Virus record (IMG/VR): IMGVR_UViG_3300013122_000002
Span: 1-42,342 of that record
Reading direction: 5' to 3' (one strand)
Source: a virus
Length of the DNA stretch: 42,342 nucleotides
A program made the position numbers and the translations under genes. The notes beneath the pieces are model-generated. The model was given only the letters and a program-made list of their open reading frames with translations. It was not told the origin of the DNA and did no database searches. This document shows positions 1-8,864 of the stretch, in pieces (position 1 is the stretch's first letter; each line of letters starts with the position of its first letter).

Positions 1-123
1 TTTAGGTATCAATGAGGATTGAATTATGGATTCTATGCAAGCATTTGCGAATGGTGAAGCTAATCGAGGAAAGGAGTTAATGGTTTTTGATTGGGAAAAA
101 GCCGTTAATCTAATTAATGAAAA
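1..123. repeat. terminal direct repeat, copy A (identical to 42220..42342)
   Basis: Read directly: bases 1-123 recur at 42220-42342. This implies a 42,219-bp circular or permuted unit opened at an arbitrary point. Confidence 0.95.
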
Positions 124-376
124 AGGCTATAAAGAATGCGGCGCAGGCCTTAAAGATGATTATGAGTGGACTGCTGGAAATATTTTAACTAATGGAAAGC
201 CTGTAACTGATGATTATACTTATCTAGCATCAACTTGGGCTACCCCACAACTAATTGTTTACTCAGATGATGGTTATGAGATTATTCATGAAATCGATTG
301 CTTTATCATGGAAAGTGAAACAAATTGGGGCGCAGACACAAAGTTCCCAGAAGATCAACAGAAGCGATTAAAATAG
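26..376 (+). CDS. hypothetical accessory protein (cargo of leader-RNA cassette 4)
   Basis: 116-aa ORF. GAGGA SD lies 7 nt upstream (seen in the 42233-42237 copy). Followed by terminator 394-419. No family recognised. Confidence 0.7.
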   Translation: MDSMQAFANGEANRGKELMVFDWEKAVNLINEKGYKECGAGLKDDYEWTAGNILTNGKPVTDDYTYLASTWATPQLIVYSDDGYEIIHEIDCFIMESETNWGADTKFPEDQQKRLK

Positions 377-419
377 ATTTAAATGCTAAACTAAGCCTAT
401 CGAAAGATGGGCTTTTTTT
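374..419 (+). repeat. 3' cassette-boundary repeat (homologous to 35233..35276), contains the terminator
   Basis: TAGATT(T)AAATGCTAAACTAAGCC..GATGGGCTTTTTTT is shared almost base for base with 35233-35276. Confidence 0.85.
394..419 (+). terminator. intrinsic terminator
   Basis: 8-bp stem AGCCUAUC/GAUGGGCU (one G.U pair), GAAA loop, T7 tract. Confidence 0.75.
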
Positions 420-1316
420 ATGAACAGAAAAAAACTAAGGGTAACAATCACCCTGAACGGAAAAAACCAAAACGGCGAGCAAAAAGTATTTGAAAGTGAA
501 TACAATCAACTATCATCGTCTGAGCTTCGTGTTTCTTGCACTATTGTTTCAGGAAACGGAGCGCTCTCGCCTACCGCTAAGATTCAAGTCTATGGCCTAT
601 CGCTAACTAAAATGCTTGCGCTTTTTCGCGTGCAATGGAATACGTTAGACGCAATGTTGAATGAGGTTGCAATTGAAGCGGGAGAGGAGGGCGAGCCATT
701 CGAGCTTATTTATAAGGGCAATATTACTACTGCAACTATTAACATGGATTCCGCGCCCGACCCGTTTCTTGATATTGATAGCGTTGTTGGATTAGTCGAA
801 CAAATGAAGCCCGCTGAACCTCTAGCCATTATTAACGAGGTTGATGTAGCAGAAGTGATTAGGATTATCACTGAAACACGAATGGGCTATGAATTTAAGA
901 ACAACGGTGTTTCTCATATCATTCCCGATGGCTTCATGTCCGAGGGTGCGAACTTAGAAACAATACGCCAACTAGCGCATGATTATGATTTCGATTTGTA
1001 CATCGAGCATAAACTGATTGCCATTGCGCCGCGAAACACTAAGCGCGAAATTCCTATACCACAGATACGACCTACTAGTGGGCTTGAGGGCTACCCTACC
1101 CCCGACATTAAAGGCATATCGTTTAAATGCTTCTATAATCCCCTGGTTCGCTTTGGTGGAAACTTAGAGGTGAAAGATAGTATCATTGAGGTCTGTAATG
1201 GTGTATGGCGCGTGTACGGCTTGAAAACCATTCTTGAAAGTGGCGTACCAAATGGGCGCTGGTCTATGGAAGTTAATGCAACTTGGGCGAATAGTACCGA
1301 TGCCGTTAGAAAATGA
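420..1316 (+). CDS. baseplate hub-like tail protein
   Basis: 298-aa ORF located between the distal tail genes and the spike/baseplate-J genes. The family call is positional only. The ATG abuts the terminator T-tract. Confidence 0.6.
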   Translation: MNRKKLRVTITLNGKNQNGEQKVFESEYNQLSSSELRVSCTIVSGNGALSPTAKIQVYGLSLTKMLALFRVQWNTLDAMLNEVAIEAGEEGEPFELIYKGNITTATINMDSAPDPFLDIDSVVGLVEQMKPAEPLAIINEVDVAEVIRIITETRMGYEFKNNGVSHIIPDGFMSEGANLETIRQLAHDYDFDLYIEHKLIAIAPRNTKREIPIPQIRPTSGLEGYPTPDIKGISFKCFYNPLVRFGGNLEVKDSIIEVCNGVWRVYGLKTILESGVPNGRWSMEVNATWANSTDAVRK

Positions 1317-1941
1317 TCAACAGACGACAAACTATAGAGCATCCCAAAGCGTTGGCGGTGCTGCTGAATTTGAAGCCATTGTGCGCTCGCTTATGGGTAA
1401 AAATCACACCCTAATGCTAGGCGAGGTCATGGCTGTCACTCAAGAAGCAAGTAGCACGGCTGCGGTCGGTTTTTTATCCGTTCGTCCGATGGTTTTTATG
1501 GTGGATGGATCAAATAACAACTATGACCGTGCAACCATTAATAATGTGCCTTTCTTTCGATTACAAGCAGGCGGTAACGCAGTCATTCTAAATCCAAAAG
1601 TCGGTGATATTGGCTTGATTGCCTATTGTGAGCGCGACATTTCGATGGTGAAGCGTAACAAGAAACAAGCAGCGCCAAACTCACGTAGACAATTTAATAT
1701 CAATGATGCTGTATATCTTGGCGGTATGTTGAACAGTGCGCCTACGCAATATATTCAGTTTCTTGATAGCGGGATGAATATTAAGACGACTGGTAATGTG
1801 AACATCAACGGCTTAACTATTGCGCCTAGTGGCACTTTAACGCTTGCCAATGGTGTTGTGGTAGATACACACATTCACAGCCAAGCAAACGACAGCGCAG
1901 GTAATACAGAGCAACCAGTGGGGATTCCAAGAAATGGCTAA
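1300..1941 (+). CDS. baseplate central spike (gpV / Gp138-N-like)
   Basis: GDIGLIAYCERDIS-type OB-fold motif and a C-terminal HIHS (HxH) tip motif. Start chosen at ATG 1300, the shortest overlap with the upstream gene; ATGs at 1234-1276 are possible. Confidence 0.65.
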   Translation: MPLENDQQTTNYRASQSVGGAAEFEAIVRSLMGKNHTLMLGEVMAVTQEASSTAAVGFLSVRPMVFMVDGSNNNYDRATINNVPFFRLQAGGNAVILNPKVGDIGLIAYCERDISMVKRNKKQAAPNSRRQFNINDAVYLGGMLNSAPTQYIQFLDSGMNIKTTGNVNINGLTIAPSGTLTLANGVVVDTHIHSQANDSAGNTEQPVGIPRNG

Positions 1942-2290
1942 TACTCTTTTTTTACTTCCTAGTACTTGGGATTTGACATTGGATTCAAGCGGCAATATTG
2001 CCATTGCTAGTGATGTCTACCAACAAGCGCAAGACATTGCATCGGCTTGTCGCGTATTTCGTGGTGATATGTATTTCAATAAAAATGATGGCATTCCTTA
2101 TTCCGAGTCTATTTTAGGGAAATCATCCTATCCGCTTGGCTTGTATCAGTCAGAGTTAAGGCAAGCCGCACTATCTGTCGATGGTGTGATTAGTGCTAAT
2201 ATAACCTTCAATAAAATTGAAAATCGGGTGCTTAGTGGCATGATTAAATTTACAAATGATCAAGACCAAACGGGAGTTGTGAGTTTATGA
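1934..2290 (+). CDS. small baseplate wedge protein (gp25/W- or XkdS-like)
   Basis: 118 aa with a WDLTLDSSGNIAI...GIPY motif. Overlapping start/stop codons with both neighbours. Sits directly upstream of baseplate J. Confidence 0.6.
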   Translation: MANTLFLLPSTWDLTLDSSGNIAIASDVYQQAQDIASACRVFRGDMYFNKNDGIPYSESILGKSSYPLGLYQSELRQAALSVDGVISANITFNKIENRVLSGMIKFTNDQDQTGVVSL

Positions 2291-3477
2291 TTCCTGATAT
2301 TGAAATTACCGAAAATGGCATTATAGCTCCCACAACGGATGAAGTGCTCGCAGGTGTATGGGAAATCCTGAAAACCGCTTTTGGCTCAAACCTGAATACC
2401 GCAATGAACACCCCACAAGGGCAGTTAGCAACATCGATCACAGCGGTTATTCAAAACGAGCGCAATAAGTGGATTCAGTTAATGAATCAGATTGACCCGC
2501 AATATTCCACAGGTATTTGGCAAGATGCGATTGGTGAGTTGTATTTTATTAATCGACAATCTCAAACATACTCAATTGCTGAAATCCGCTTGCATGGTTT
2601 AAATGGAACGATTGTCCCCGCTGGATATAGAATCAGCGATGTTGCGGGCAATATTTGGGAGACAACAACTCAACTGATTATTGATTCAACTGGCTATATC
2701 GACGGTTTTGTGCAATGCACTGTCGCAGGGCCAATCGAAGCATCCATTGACACAATCACAAATATTCTTGTTGCTCTTTCGGGGTTAGATCGTGCGACAA
2801 ATACAAGTGCCGCCATTGCAGGTGTTAATGCTGAAAGCCCTGAAAACTTCGAGCAACGTAGGCAAGAATCTGTTTCAGCAAATGCTAAATTGACCGGTGC
2901 TGCTGTGCGTGGTGCTGTAGCCAATTTACCGAACGTAGTCGATGTTTGGGTTAAGTCAAATCCAACAGATGCGACTGTAAATTTTGGCGTGACTAATTAC
3001 CCAGTGACGCGAAACACCCTGTTGTGTTCTGTGGTCGGCGGTGTTGATTATGACATTGCATGGCAGATTTTAGTTAAAGGCGGAACTGGTTGCTCTTTTG
3101 CAGGTGATACAGAAGTTACTGTTTACGACAATGATACATACCCAGTAGACCCGCCCGATTATAAGGTAAAGTTTCTTCGCCCGACATTAAAAGCAGTTAA
3201 GTTTAAAATCACGCTTGAAGACAAAAACGAAATGTCATTGCAAGATGAAAAGGCAATTAAAAACGCTATTCTTGATGCGCTGAAAACTGGAAAAACTCGC
3301 GCACGCATAGGTCAAAAACTCAGAGCTTCCGCTTATGTTTGCCCTGTTGGTAATTCGATTGATTTAAGTCTGCTTGACATTGAGGTAAGCTTTGATGGCA
3401 TAACATGGGCTAATTTTCTTGAGCTTGGCGTGGATGAATACCCAGTAACCACTGAATTTGATATAGAGATTGTCTAA
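2287..3477 (+). CDS. baseplate J-like protein
   Basis: 396 aa. Size, position and sequence character match Baseplate_J family proteins. ATGA overlap with the upstream gene. Confidence 0.75.
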   Translation: MIPDIEITENGIIAPTTDEVLAGVWEILKTAFGSNLNTAMNTPQGQLATSITAVIQNERNKWIQLMNQIDPQYSTGIWQDAIGELYFINRQSQTYSIAEIRLHGLNGTIVPAGYRISDVAGNIWETTTQLIIDSTGYIDGFVQCTVAGPIEASIDTITNILVALSGLDRATNTSAAIAGVNAESPENFEQRRQESVSANAKLTGAAVRGAVANLPNVVDVWVKSNPTDATVNFGVTNYPVTRNTLLCSVVGGVDYDIAWQILVKGGTGCSFAGDTEVTVYDNDTYPVDPPDYKVKFLRPTLKAVKFKITLEDKNEMSLQDEKAIKNAILDALKTGKTRARIGQKLRASAYVCPVGNSIDLSLLDIEVSFDGITWANFLELGVDEYPVTTEFDIEIV

Positions 3478-4115
3478 TGTTTGATGTTAAAGATACTTTG
3501 ATGTCGCAGTATGCAAACAGTCCCGCTATTGTCGGGATTATTGATGGTATAGCAGATGCGCTAGACCCTGAGCATACGGCAGAGGAATTTTACTCGATGT
3601 TATGGCGTTTAAGCTCCGCAACATCGTGGGGCTTGGATATTTGGGGGCGCATTGTTGGTGTAAACCGAAATGTGCAGATGAGCGACCCCGATGCAATCAC
3701 ATTTGGATTTAAGACTGATCCTGTATCCCAAAACTTCACGCCTTTTAATGTCGCTCCATTTAGCGCGGGCAGCGCAAAATTTAACACCTATCGCCTGCCA
3801 GATAACCTCTATAAAGAATTAATCATTATTAAGGCTGCTTCAAATATTCTTTATGCCACAGCACCAAATATTAATAAGTATCTTCAGATGATTTTTACTG
3901 AAAAAGCTTATTACTACATCACTGGTCACATGACAGCAAAGTATATTTTTGAGTTTGAATTAACGCCATTCCAGCGCTTAATTGTCTACACTTTGAAGTT
4001 ATTACCTGAGCCATGCGGTGTGTTAATCTCTTATGAAGAAAAACCAATTGCAGAGGTATTCGGCTTTGACGGTACAGAGTATGAAACATTTGATTACGGA
4101 GTATTCATTCAATGA
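3477..4115 (+). CDS. baseplate/tail-fibre connector protein (DUF2612-like)
   Basis: 212 aa. The N-terminus (YANSPAIVGIIDGIADALDP...GLDIWGRIVGVNR) resembles DUF2612 proteins, which follow baseplate J. Confidence 0.65.
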   Translation: MFDVKDTLMSQYANSPAIVGIIDGIADALDPEHTAEEFYSMLWRLSSATSWGLDIWGRIVGVNRNVQMSDPDAITFGFKTDPVSQNFTPFNVAPFSAGSAKFNTYRLPDNLYKELIIIKAASNILYATAPNINKYLQMIFTEKAYYYITGHMTAKYIFEFELTPFQRLIVYTLKLLPEPCGVLISYEEKPIAEVFGFDGTEYETFDYGVFIQ

Positions 4116-5020
4116 GCAATCCTGAAATTATGTGGTCTAAAGCATTTGCTTGGAACGCCACGAATAAAAACACGATACAAGAGGAGCGGCAGCCAGCACA
4201 AGACGTTCAAGATGCCACGCTCAATGATGGCTTCCCGCTTATCACAATGACCCCACAAGATGCGGGCGGCATTGCTCCAAACGGTCAAGACATGAACGGC
4301 GCTCTTTATGCCATTAGTTCGAACATGGTTCATCGTCAAAAAGGGCTACGCATTCAGTTTGACCCTGCCTACGCTGCGAAAATTGGCGGTTATGATCAAG
4401 GCTGTGTTCTTGCATCAAACGACTACACACGTGATTACATTAGCCTTATCCCGAACAACTTAACCGATCCAAACGGCAGCGGCACTGCGGGACGTTGGGC
4501 TATATATTCGGGTGCTGGCTCTATCGCTTCTGCAACTGCGAGTATTGCGGGGATTGTTAAGATTGTTGATAGTTTATCGAGTACCGCAACGGATGCGGCA
4601 TTAACAGCCAATCAAGGTAAGACGCTAGGAGATCGAACGCAGCAAGCCACTACCACAAATGTAGGTATTAGTCGATTTGCTAATGCGTCAGAGGTTGCAA
4701 ATAAAAGCAATGTTAGCGCCGCGGTTACTCCATCGAATGCCGCCGCAATTGCACAAAGCACAGACTTGGGAGTTGGGCAGACTTGGCAGAATGTTTCAAG
4801 ATCATTAGGATCAACATACACAAATAACACTGGTCGACCAATTCAAATTTCAATCTTTGCATCTGGAAGTTCTGGATCAGCCCTAGCTTTGATTATTGAT
4901 GGTCTTGAACTCCTGAGAACCAACCAATCTGCAACAATCCATGTAACTGCCGTAATTCCCAACGGTTCAAGCTATACCATGACTGGTGCTATACTGAGTA
5001 ATTGGTCGGAGCTTAGATAG
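4112..5020 (+). CDS. tail fibre protein (short)
   Basis: 302 aa. N-terminal GFPLITM..GG..P.G.DMNG..GGY anchor motif. Two fibre repeats (AGIVKIVDS...ALTANQ and VGISRFANASEV...AVTPSN). Confidence 0.75.
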   Translation: MSNPEIMWSKAFAWNATNKNTIQEERQPAQDVQDATLNDGFPLITMTPQDAGGIAPNGQDMNGALYAISSNMVHRQKGLRIQFDPAYAAKIGGYDQGCVLASNDYTRDYISLIPNNLTDPNGSGTAGRWAIYSGAGSIASATASIAGIVKIVDSLSSTATDAALTANQGKTLGDRTQQATTTNVGISRFANASEVANKSNVSAAVTPSNAAAIAQSTDLGVGQTWQNVSRSLGSTYTNNTGRPIQISIFASGSSGSALALIIDGLELLRTNQSATIHVTAVIPNGSSYTMTGAILSNWSELR

Positions 5021-5046
5021 CTCATCAAAAAATTAAGGAATAAGAC

Positions 5047-6924
5047 ATGCTACAACCTACTAGATTAATTTCTACGCCATTCGCTCAAGAAGGCGAAAAA
5101 ACTGAAATTCAAAACGTAACAGGCGAATTTGATAATAGCGCCACTTACCGACTTGGATTTCCACCGCTTACAATGCAATCCATTCGCTCAGGTGGTAAGC
5201 CGCCAAAAGGCACGGACTTTAACGGTGTGCTATTTGACATTACGGAAAACATTTCTTTTCTGTGTAAAGGTGGGCGCTACCAATACAATGCGGGCTTATC
5301 GACTCTAATTGGCGGTTATCCTGAAGGTTCAAATTTACTTCTTGATGATAATGTCACTGAGGTTGTAAGCACTGTCGCGGGAAATCAAAATGACCCAAAT
5401 ACAGATATGACTGGTTGGGTTTTAAAACCAAATAAAACATCCACAGTTGATGTTTTGGACGCAAGCGGCTTAAACCAAGCACAAATTAACGCACTTAAAA
5501 CAAATAACTCTGAGGTTTTACCTCAAACACAAACAAAAGACAGCTTTAAAAATGCGTATTCATCAAAGCTTACAAATCGCTTCAATAGAGTAAAAGACTT
5601 GTGCAGCGTTGGGCGTTCATATGTCTGGAAAAACCCAAAATATACATCAGATAGTGCGTATAAGTTCAGTGTCGGCTTAAACATGAATGGTTGGACTACA
5701 ATCGAATGGGATTTTATTGCAGATGTTGATAATTTTTGGCGTATGCGCTATGGATTCACTGGTGCAATACGATCACCCTCTGTAAATGTTGATGCTACAG
5801 GGATGTCCATCGCCCCGATTAGAACTGGCGATAATGCATATTTCAGATCTAGTGACGGATTAAATGCTACATTTAATGTTGTTTTCACTGGTACTGGATT
5901 TCTATTTAATCATTATGTTGATGGTAATGGTGGTATTTTTGAGGTATCCGTTGATGGTGTTGCTCGCGGCACAGTGTCTTGCAACTCTAGCAATCCTGAA
6001 AATGCATCTGCGCAAGCCATGAACATATCAAAGCTAATTGTTGATGGGTTAAGTAATTCTTCCCATACAGCAACTTTTAAATTTATCGGTAATGACCCTT
6101 CATATCCCCCAACAAGCGGAACTTCACGTGGCTGGTTTAAGTTATCAGATGGAGTTGCACCAGAGGCTTATACCGCAAGCATTATTACGGGTTCTGAAAT
6201 GGGAATCGCGGATACAAGGGGCCTTTTGGTATCGAATGGTATTCTTGAGTTTGCAATTGGCGCAGCTCCAACGGGCGTGGAGGGGATAACACCAGATTGG
6301 ATTCCAGCCCACGGCTCTGCTTCGGGTTGTATTGTTGTTAGTGAGCGTAAATTATTCGTTGACGGAATAGAGTATTTGGGATTTTCTAGTGCGGAAATGG
6401 CGTTCAATGAGTTTACTATGCGACAAAAATACACTGCGTACAATAGTGCAGACACATCAAAGCTATACCCAATGTGGTCTGGTGTTCTTTATACGAAATT
6501 TGATAAACAACGCGGGCTGACATATAGCCACGAATTTACCACCCTTAGAGAAATACAGGTGTCTGATGGTTACACCGCTATGGCGTCAGGTCGCAGAACT
6601 TCTAATCTATCTAAGATTACCTTTGACAACGGACTTGTATTGGATATATCTGGGGCAACCCCTAGCGCACAGATTACGCACTTTCCGGGTGTATTTAAGT
6701 CTGTATCTTGGACTGGAAGTAAAACCGCACTAGCACTAAATATCGAAAGTATAGAAGCATCTTCTGCAATTGGAACAGATTTAACAGACGGGGTTGCGAC
6801 AGTTTCAACGGAACGACCGGACGGTTTTTGTAAAGTGTACGCAAAACCGCTTGGCACTAATAAGGTCATACCATCTGGTGTAACGGTATCATCAACACAC
6901 AGTATATGGTTGGCAACTTTCTAA
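5047..6924 (+). CDS. tail fibre / receptor-binding protein (long)
   Basis: 625 aa. Its N-terminal anchor is homologous to the 4112..5020 protein; the C-terminal ~450 aa are unique. AAGGA SD upstream. Confidence 0.75.
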   Translation: MLQPTRLISTPFAQEGEKTEIQNVTGEFDNSATYRLGFPPLTMQSIRSGGKPPKGTDFNGVLFDITENISFLCKGGRYQYNAGLSTLIGGYPEGSNLLLDDNVTEVVSTVAGNQNDPNTDMTGWVLKPNKTSTVDVLDASGLNQAQINALKTNNSEVLPQTQTKDSFKNAYSSKLTNRFNRVKDLCSVGRSYVWKNPKYTSDSAYKFSVGLNMNGWTTIEWDFIADVDNFWRMRYGFTGAIRSPSVNVDATGMSIAPIRTGDNAYFRSSDGLNATFNVVFTGTGFLFNHYVDGNGGIFEVSVDGVARGTVSCNSSNPENASAQAMNISKLIVDGLSNSSHTATFKFIGNDPSYPPTSGTSRGWFKLSDGVAPEAYTASIITGSEMGIADTRGLLVSNGILEFAIGAAPTGVEGITPDWIPAHGSASGCIVVSERKLFVDGIEYLGFSSAEMAFNEFTMRQKYTAYNSADTSKLYPMWSGVLYTKFDKQRGLTYSHEFTTLREIQVSDGYTAMASGRRTSNLSKITFDNGLVLDISGATPSAQITHFPGVFKSVSWTGSKTALALNIESIEASSAIGTDLTDGVATVSTERPDGFCKVYAKPLGTNKVIPSGVTVSSTHSIWLATF

Positions 6925-6930
6925 ATAACC

Positions 6931-6954
6931 AAACCCCTTTCTAGGGGTTTTTTT
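6931..6954 (+). terminator. intrinsic terminator after the tail fibre genes
   Basis: AAACCCCT-TTCT-AGGGGTTT stem-loop followed by a T-run. Confidence 0.8.
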
Positions 6955-6969
6955 ATTTTGTGGTAAAAG

Positions 6970-6978
6970 TGTTATTAT
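6970..6978 (+). promoter_or_regulatory. extended -10 promoter TGTTATTAT (lysis cassette)
   Basis: TGnTATTAT lies between the terminator and ATG 7005. The same 9-mer recurs at 22940 and 42151 in equivalent post-terminator positions. Confidence 0.45.
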
Positions 6979-7004
6979 CGGTAAAACTGATATAGAGCGA
7001 ACCA

Positions 7005-7370
7005 ATGCAGATTTTTAAAAATTTAGAGGAGCATATTGAGCATATTGCGCTTGTGCTTCTCGTCACCGCTTTAAGCATGATTGCTTATTTCTTAACATCA
7101 CCACAACCGCCACGAGAACGAACTAAATCCGCTTTCGCAGGCGGTGTTATTGCGGGTGTGTTGTCATATCCGACATGGGCATTAATCGGCTCAATGACAC
7201 CATCGGGGCATCTTCATGTTGGATGGCTAACCGTAATCATCTTCATTTACTCAGTTTCAGGGCAGTTCATCCCTGAATTTTTACAATCGGTAATACCAAA
7301 ATTGGCTAAAAAGTTATTTAATCGTAGCTATAAGGCCAAGACTGGCGAGGATTTTGAAGATGATCACTAA
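7005..7370 (+). CDS. holin-like membrane protein
   Basis: 121 aa with about three hydrophobic helices and a charged C-terminus (KAKTGEDFEDDH). First gene of the lysis cassette. Confidence 0.6.
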   Translation: MQIFKNLEEHIEHIALVLLVTALSMIAYFLTSPQPPRERTKSAFAGGVIAGVLSYPTWALIGSMTPSGHLHVGWLTVIIFIYSVSGQFIPEFLQSVIPKLAKKLFNRSYKAKTGEDFEDDH

Positions 7371-7599
7371 TATTTGCTTGATTGTAATTTTTTTCTGTTT
7401 TCTGTTTATGGTAATGAATCGAAGAATCGAATTGCTTTGGTTTGCAAAAGGTCTAATGTGTATCGGGATGCTTGCCATTGTGGGCGTGCTTTCGATACCC
7501 AAGCACCATGACACCATAATGGACGTTTTGTTTATCGTTATAGCATTCCTAACGGCATACGGAACGACATTAATCTATAAGAGGGGAAGCTATAAGTGA
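7354..7599 (+). CDS. second small membrane protein (holin/antiholin candidate)
   Basis: 81 aa with three hydrophobic segments. Overlaps both neighbours. Confidence 0.5.
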   Translation: MKMITNICLIVIFFCFLFMVMNRRIELLWFAKGLMCIGMLAIVGVLSIPKHHDTIMDVLFIVIAFLTAYGTTLIYKRGSYK

Positions 7600-8111
7600 A
7601 CTTCGATAAAGCATTTGAATTATTAATCGGACATGAGGGTGGATATACAGCCAACCCAAAAGACGCGGGAAACTGGACAGGCGGAAAGCAAGGTGTTGGT
7701 GTCAATAAAGGCACTAAATACGGCATTGCTGCAAACAGCTACCCAAACCTAGATATTAAAAACCTCACACTAGATCAAGCAAAAGCAATCTACAGGCGTG
7801 ATTATTGGGATAAGGTTTGTGGTGATAAGCTTCCTGCTTCTTTGGCTTTTCATGTTTTTGACATGGCGGTGAATAGCGGTATTAGTCGCGGGGTTAAGCT
7901 TCTGCAAAAAACAGTAGGCTCTACACAAGATGGTATCATGGGGCCAGCCACGCTTCGAGCAGCGCAGGCAATGGATGCGAGTGCAGCAATCATGCTGTAT
8001 AACGCCAATCGATTGAAATTTTATACATCACTAAGTTCGTTCGGCACATTTGGTAAAGGATGGACAAATCGAGTTGCAAATAATCTAGAACTTGGAGTCA
8101 AGGAATCATGA
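7596..8111 (+). CDS. endolysin, GH108 lysozyme-like with a PG_binding_3-like C-terminus
   Basis: N-terminal LIGHEGGYTANPKDAGNWTGG...KYGI motif and a C-terminal ...GKGWTNRV motif are typical of GH108 endolysins. Confidence 0.85.
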   Translation: MNFDKAFELLIGHEGGYTANPKDAGNWTGGKQGVGVNKGTKYGIAANSYPNLDIKNLTLDQAKAIYRRDYWDKVCGDKLPASLAFHVFDMAVNSGISRGVKLLQKTVGSTQDGIMGPATLRAAQAMDASAAIMLYNANRLKFYTSLSSFGTFGKGWTNRVANNLELGVKES

Positions 8112-8371
8112 GCGTATCAATCTCACAAGCAATTAACGGAACGCTGACACTAATCACGGTCGGGCGCGAAATCTACGAAGCTGTAACGGAGCTAATGGAT
8201 GTAGTTCAGGCAGAGGGTGGGAACGGCTCAAACAAAAAAGCATGGGTAATGGCTGCGACAAAGCATCTCATTTTAGAGGGTGGTAGAAACTGGGATAAAT
8301 GGGAGAAATATATTTCAGATTTTATTGACGCTGCGAAGTCGATTTATAATTCGCTAAAAGGCATCTTTTAA
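8108..8371 (+). CDS. hypothetical lysis-cassette protein (Holin_LLH-like?)
   Basis: 87 aa, ATGA-coupled to the endolysin. Weak resemblance (KKAWVMAATKHLI...FIDAA) to LLH-type holins. No lipobox. Confidence 0.45.
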   Translation: MSVSISQAINGTLTLITVGREIYEAVTELMDVVQAEGGNGSNKKAWVMAATKHLILEGGRNWDKWEKYISDFIDAAKSIYNSLKGIF

Positions 8372-8374
8372 AAA

Positions 8375-8393
8375 AAGCCCCGTGATGGGGCTT
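8375..8393. terminator. bidirectional stem-loop between convergent operons
   Basis: AAGCCCC-GTGAT-GGGGCTT, flanked by an A-run on the left and a T-rich run on the right. Confidence 0.65.
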
Positions 8394-8397
8394 CTTG

Positions 8398-8628
8398 TTA
8401 TTTGATTGGCGGATTAGGCAGTGGCATCCAGTGGGTGATTAGGTGTAAAGCATTCTCAACACCATCATAAGCAAATGTTTCTCTCTGCGGTATCCACCAT
8501 GCTTTTTCTAGCAATTGATCATACCTAGCAGGGAGCCAAAAATCTATTCCATCGTCTTTTAGCAAGACATGCAGCACTGTCTCTTCTTTAAATTCAGGCA
8601 GTCTATCTTCAACACTAATCCAACTCAT
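8398..8628 (-). CDS. DUF551-like protein
   Basis: MSWISVEDRLP ... HWMPLPNPP is the hallmark of DUF551 phage proteins. Confidence 0.7.
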   Translation of the reverse strand: MSWISVEDRLPEFKEETVLHVLLKDDGIDFWLPARYDQLLEKAWWIPQRETFAYDGVENALHLITHWMPLPNPPIK

Positions 8629-8864
8629 ACATTTTCACCTTTCTTTAAATGCTTATCCGCAGCGTAAAGCGCATTCTTAGCACCTTGCCTTAACTGGTTT
8701 AAGCCTTTTTGAATCTTTGCATCCGCATAACTCAATGGTATTAATGATTCAGGAACAGGCGGTTGCTTCCCTGCATTGTGATACATTTGATCAATGTATT
8801 GCTTGTGGATCATATCAAGCGCTTCGGCAAACTCAGGGTTTTTTAATAGGTCTTTCATTCGCAA
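8625..8864 (-). CDS. hypothetical protein
   Basis: 79-aa ORF translationally coupled to both neighbours. Confidence 0.6.
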   Translation of the reverse strand: MRMKDLLKNPEFAEALDMIHKQYIDQMYHNAGKQPPVPESLIPLSYADAKIQKGLNQLRQGAKNALYAADKHLKKGENV

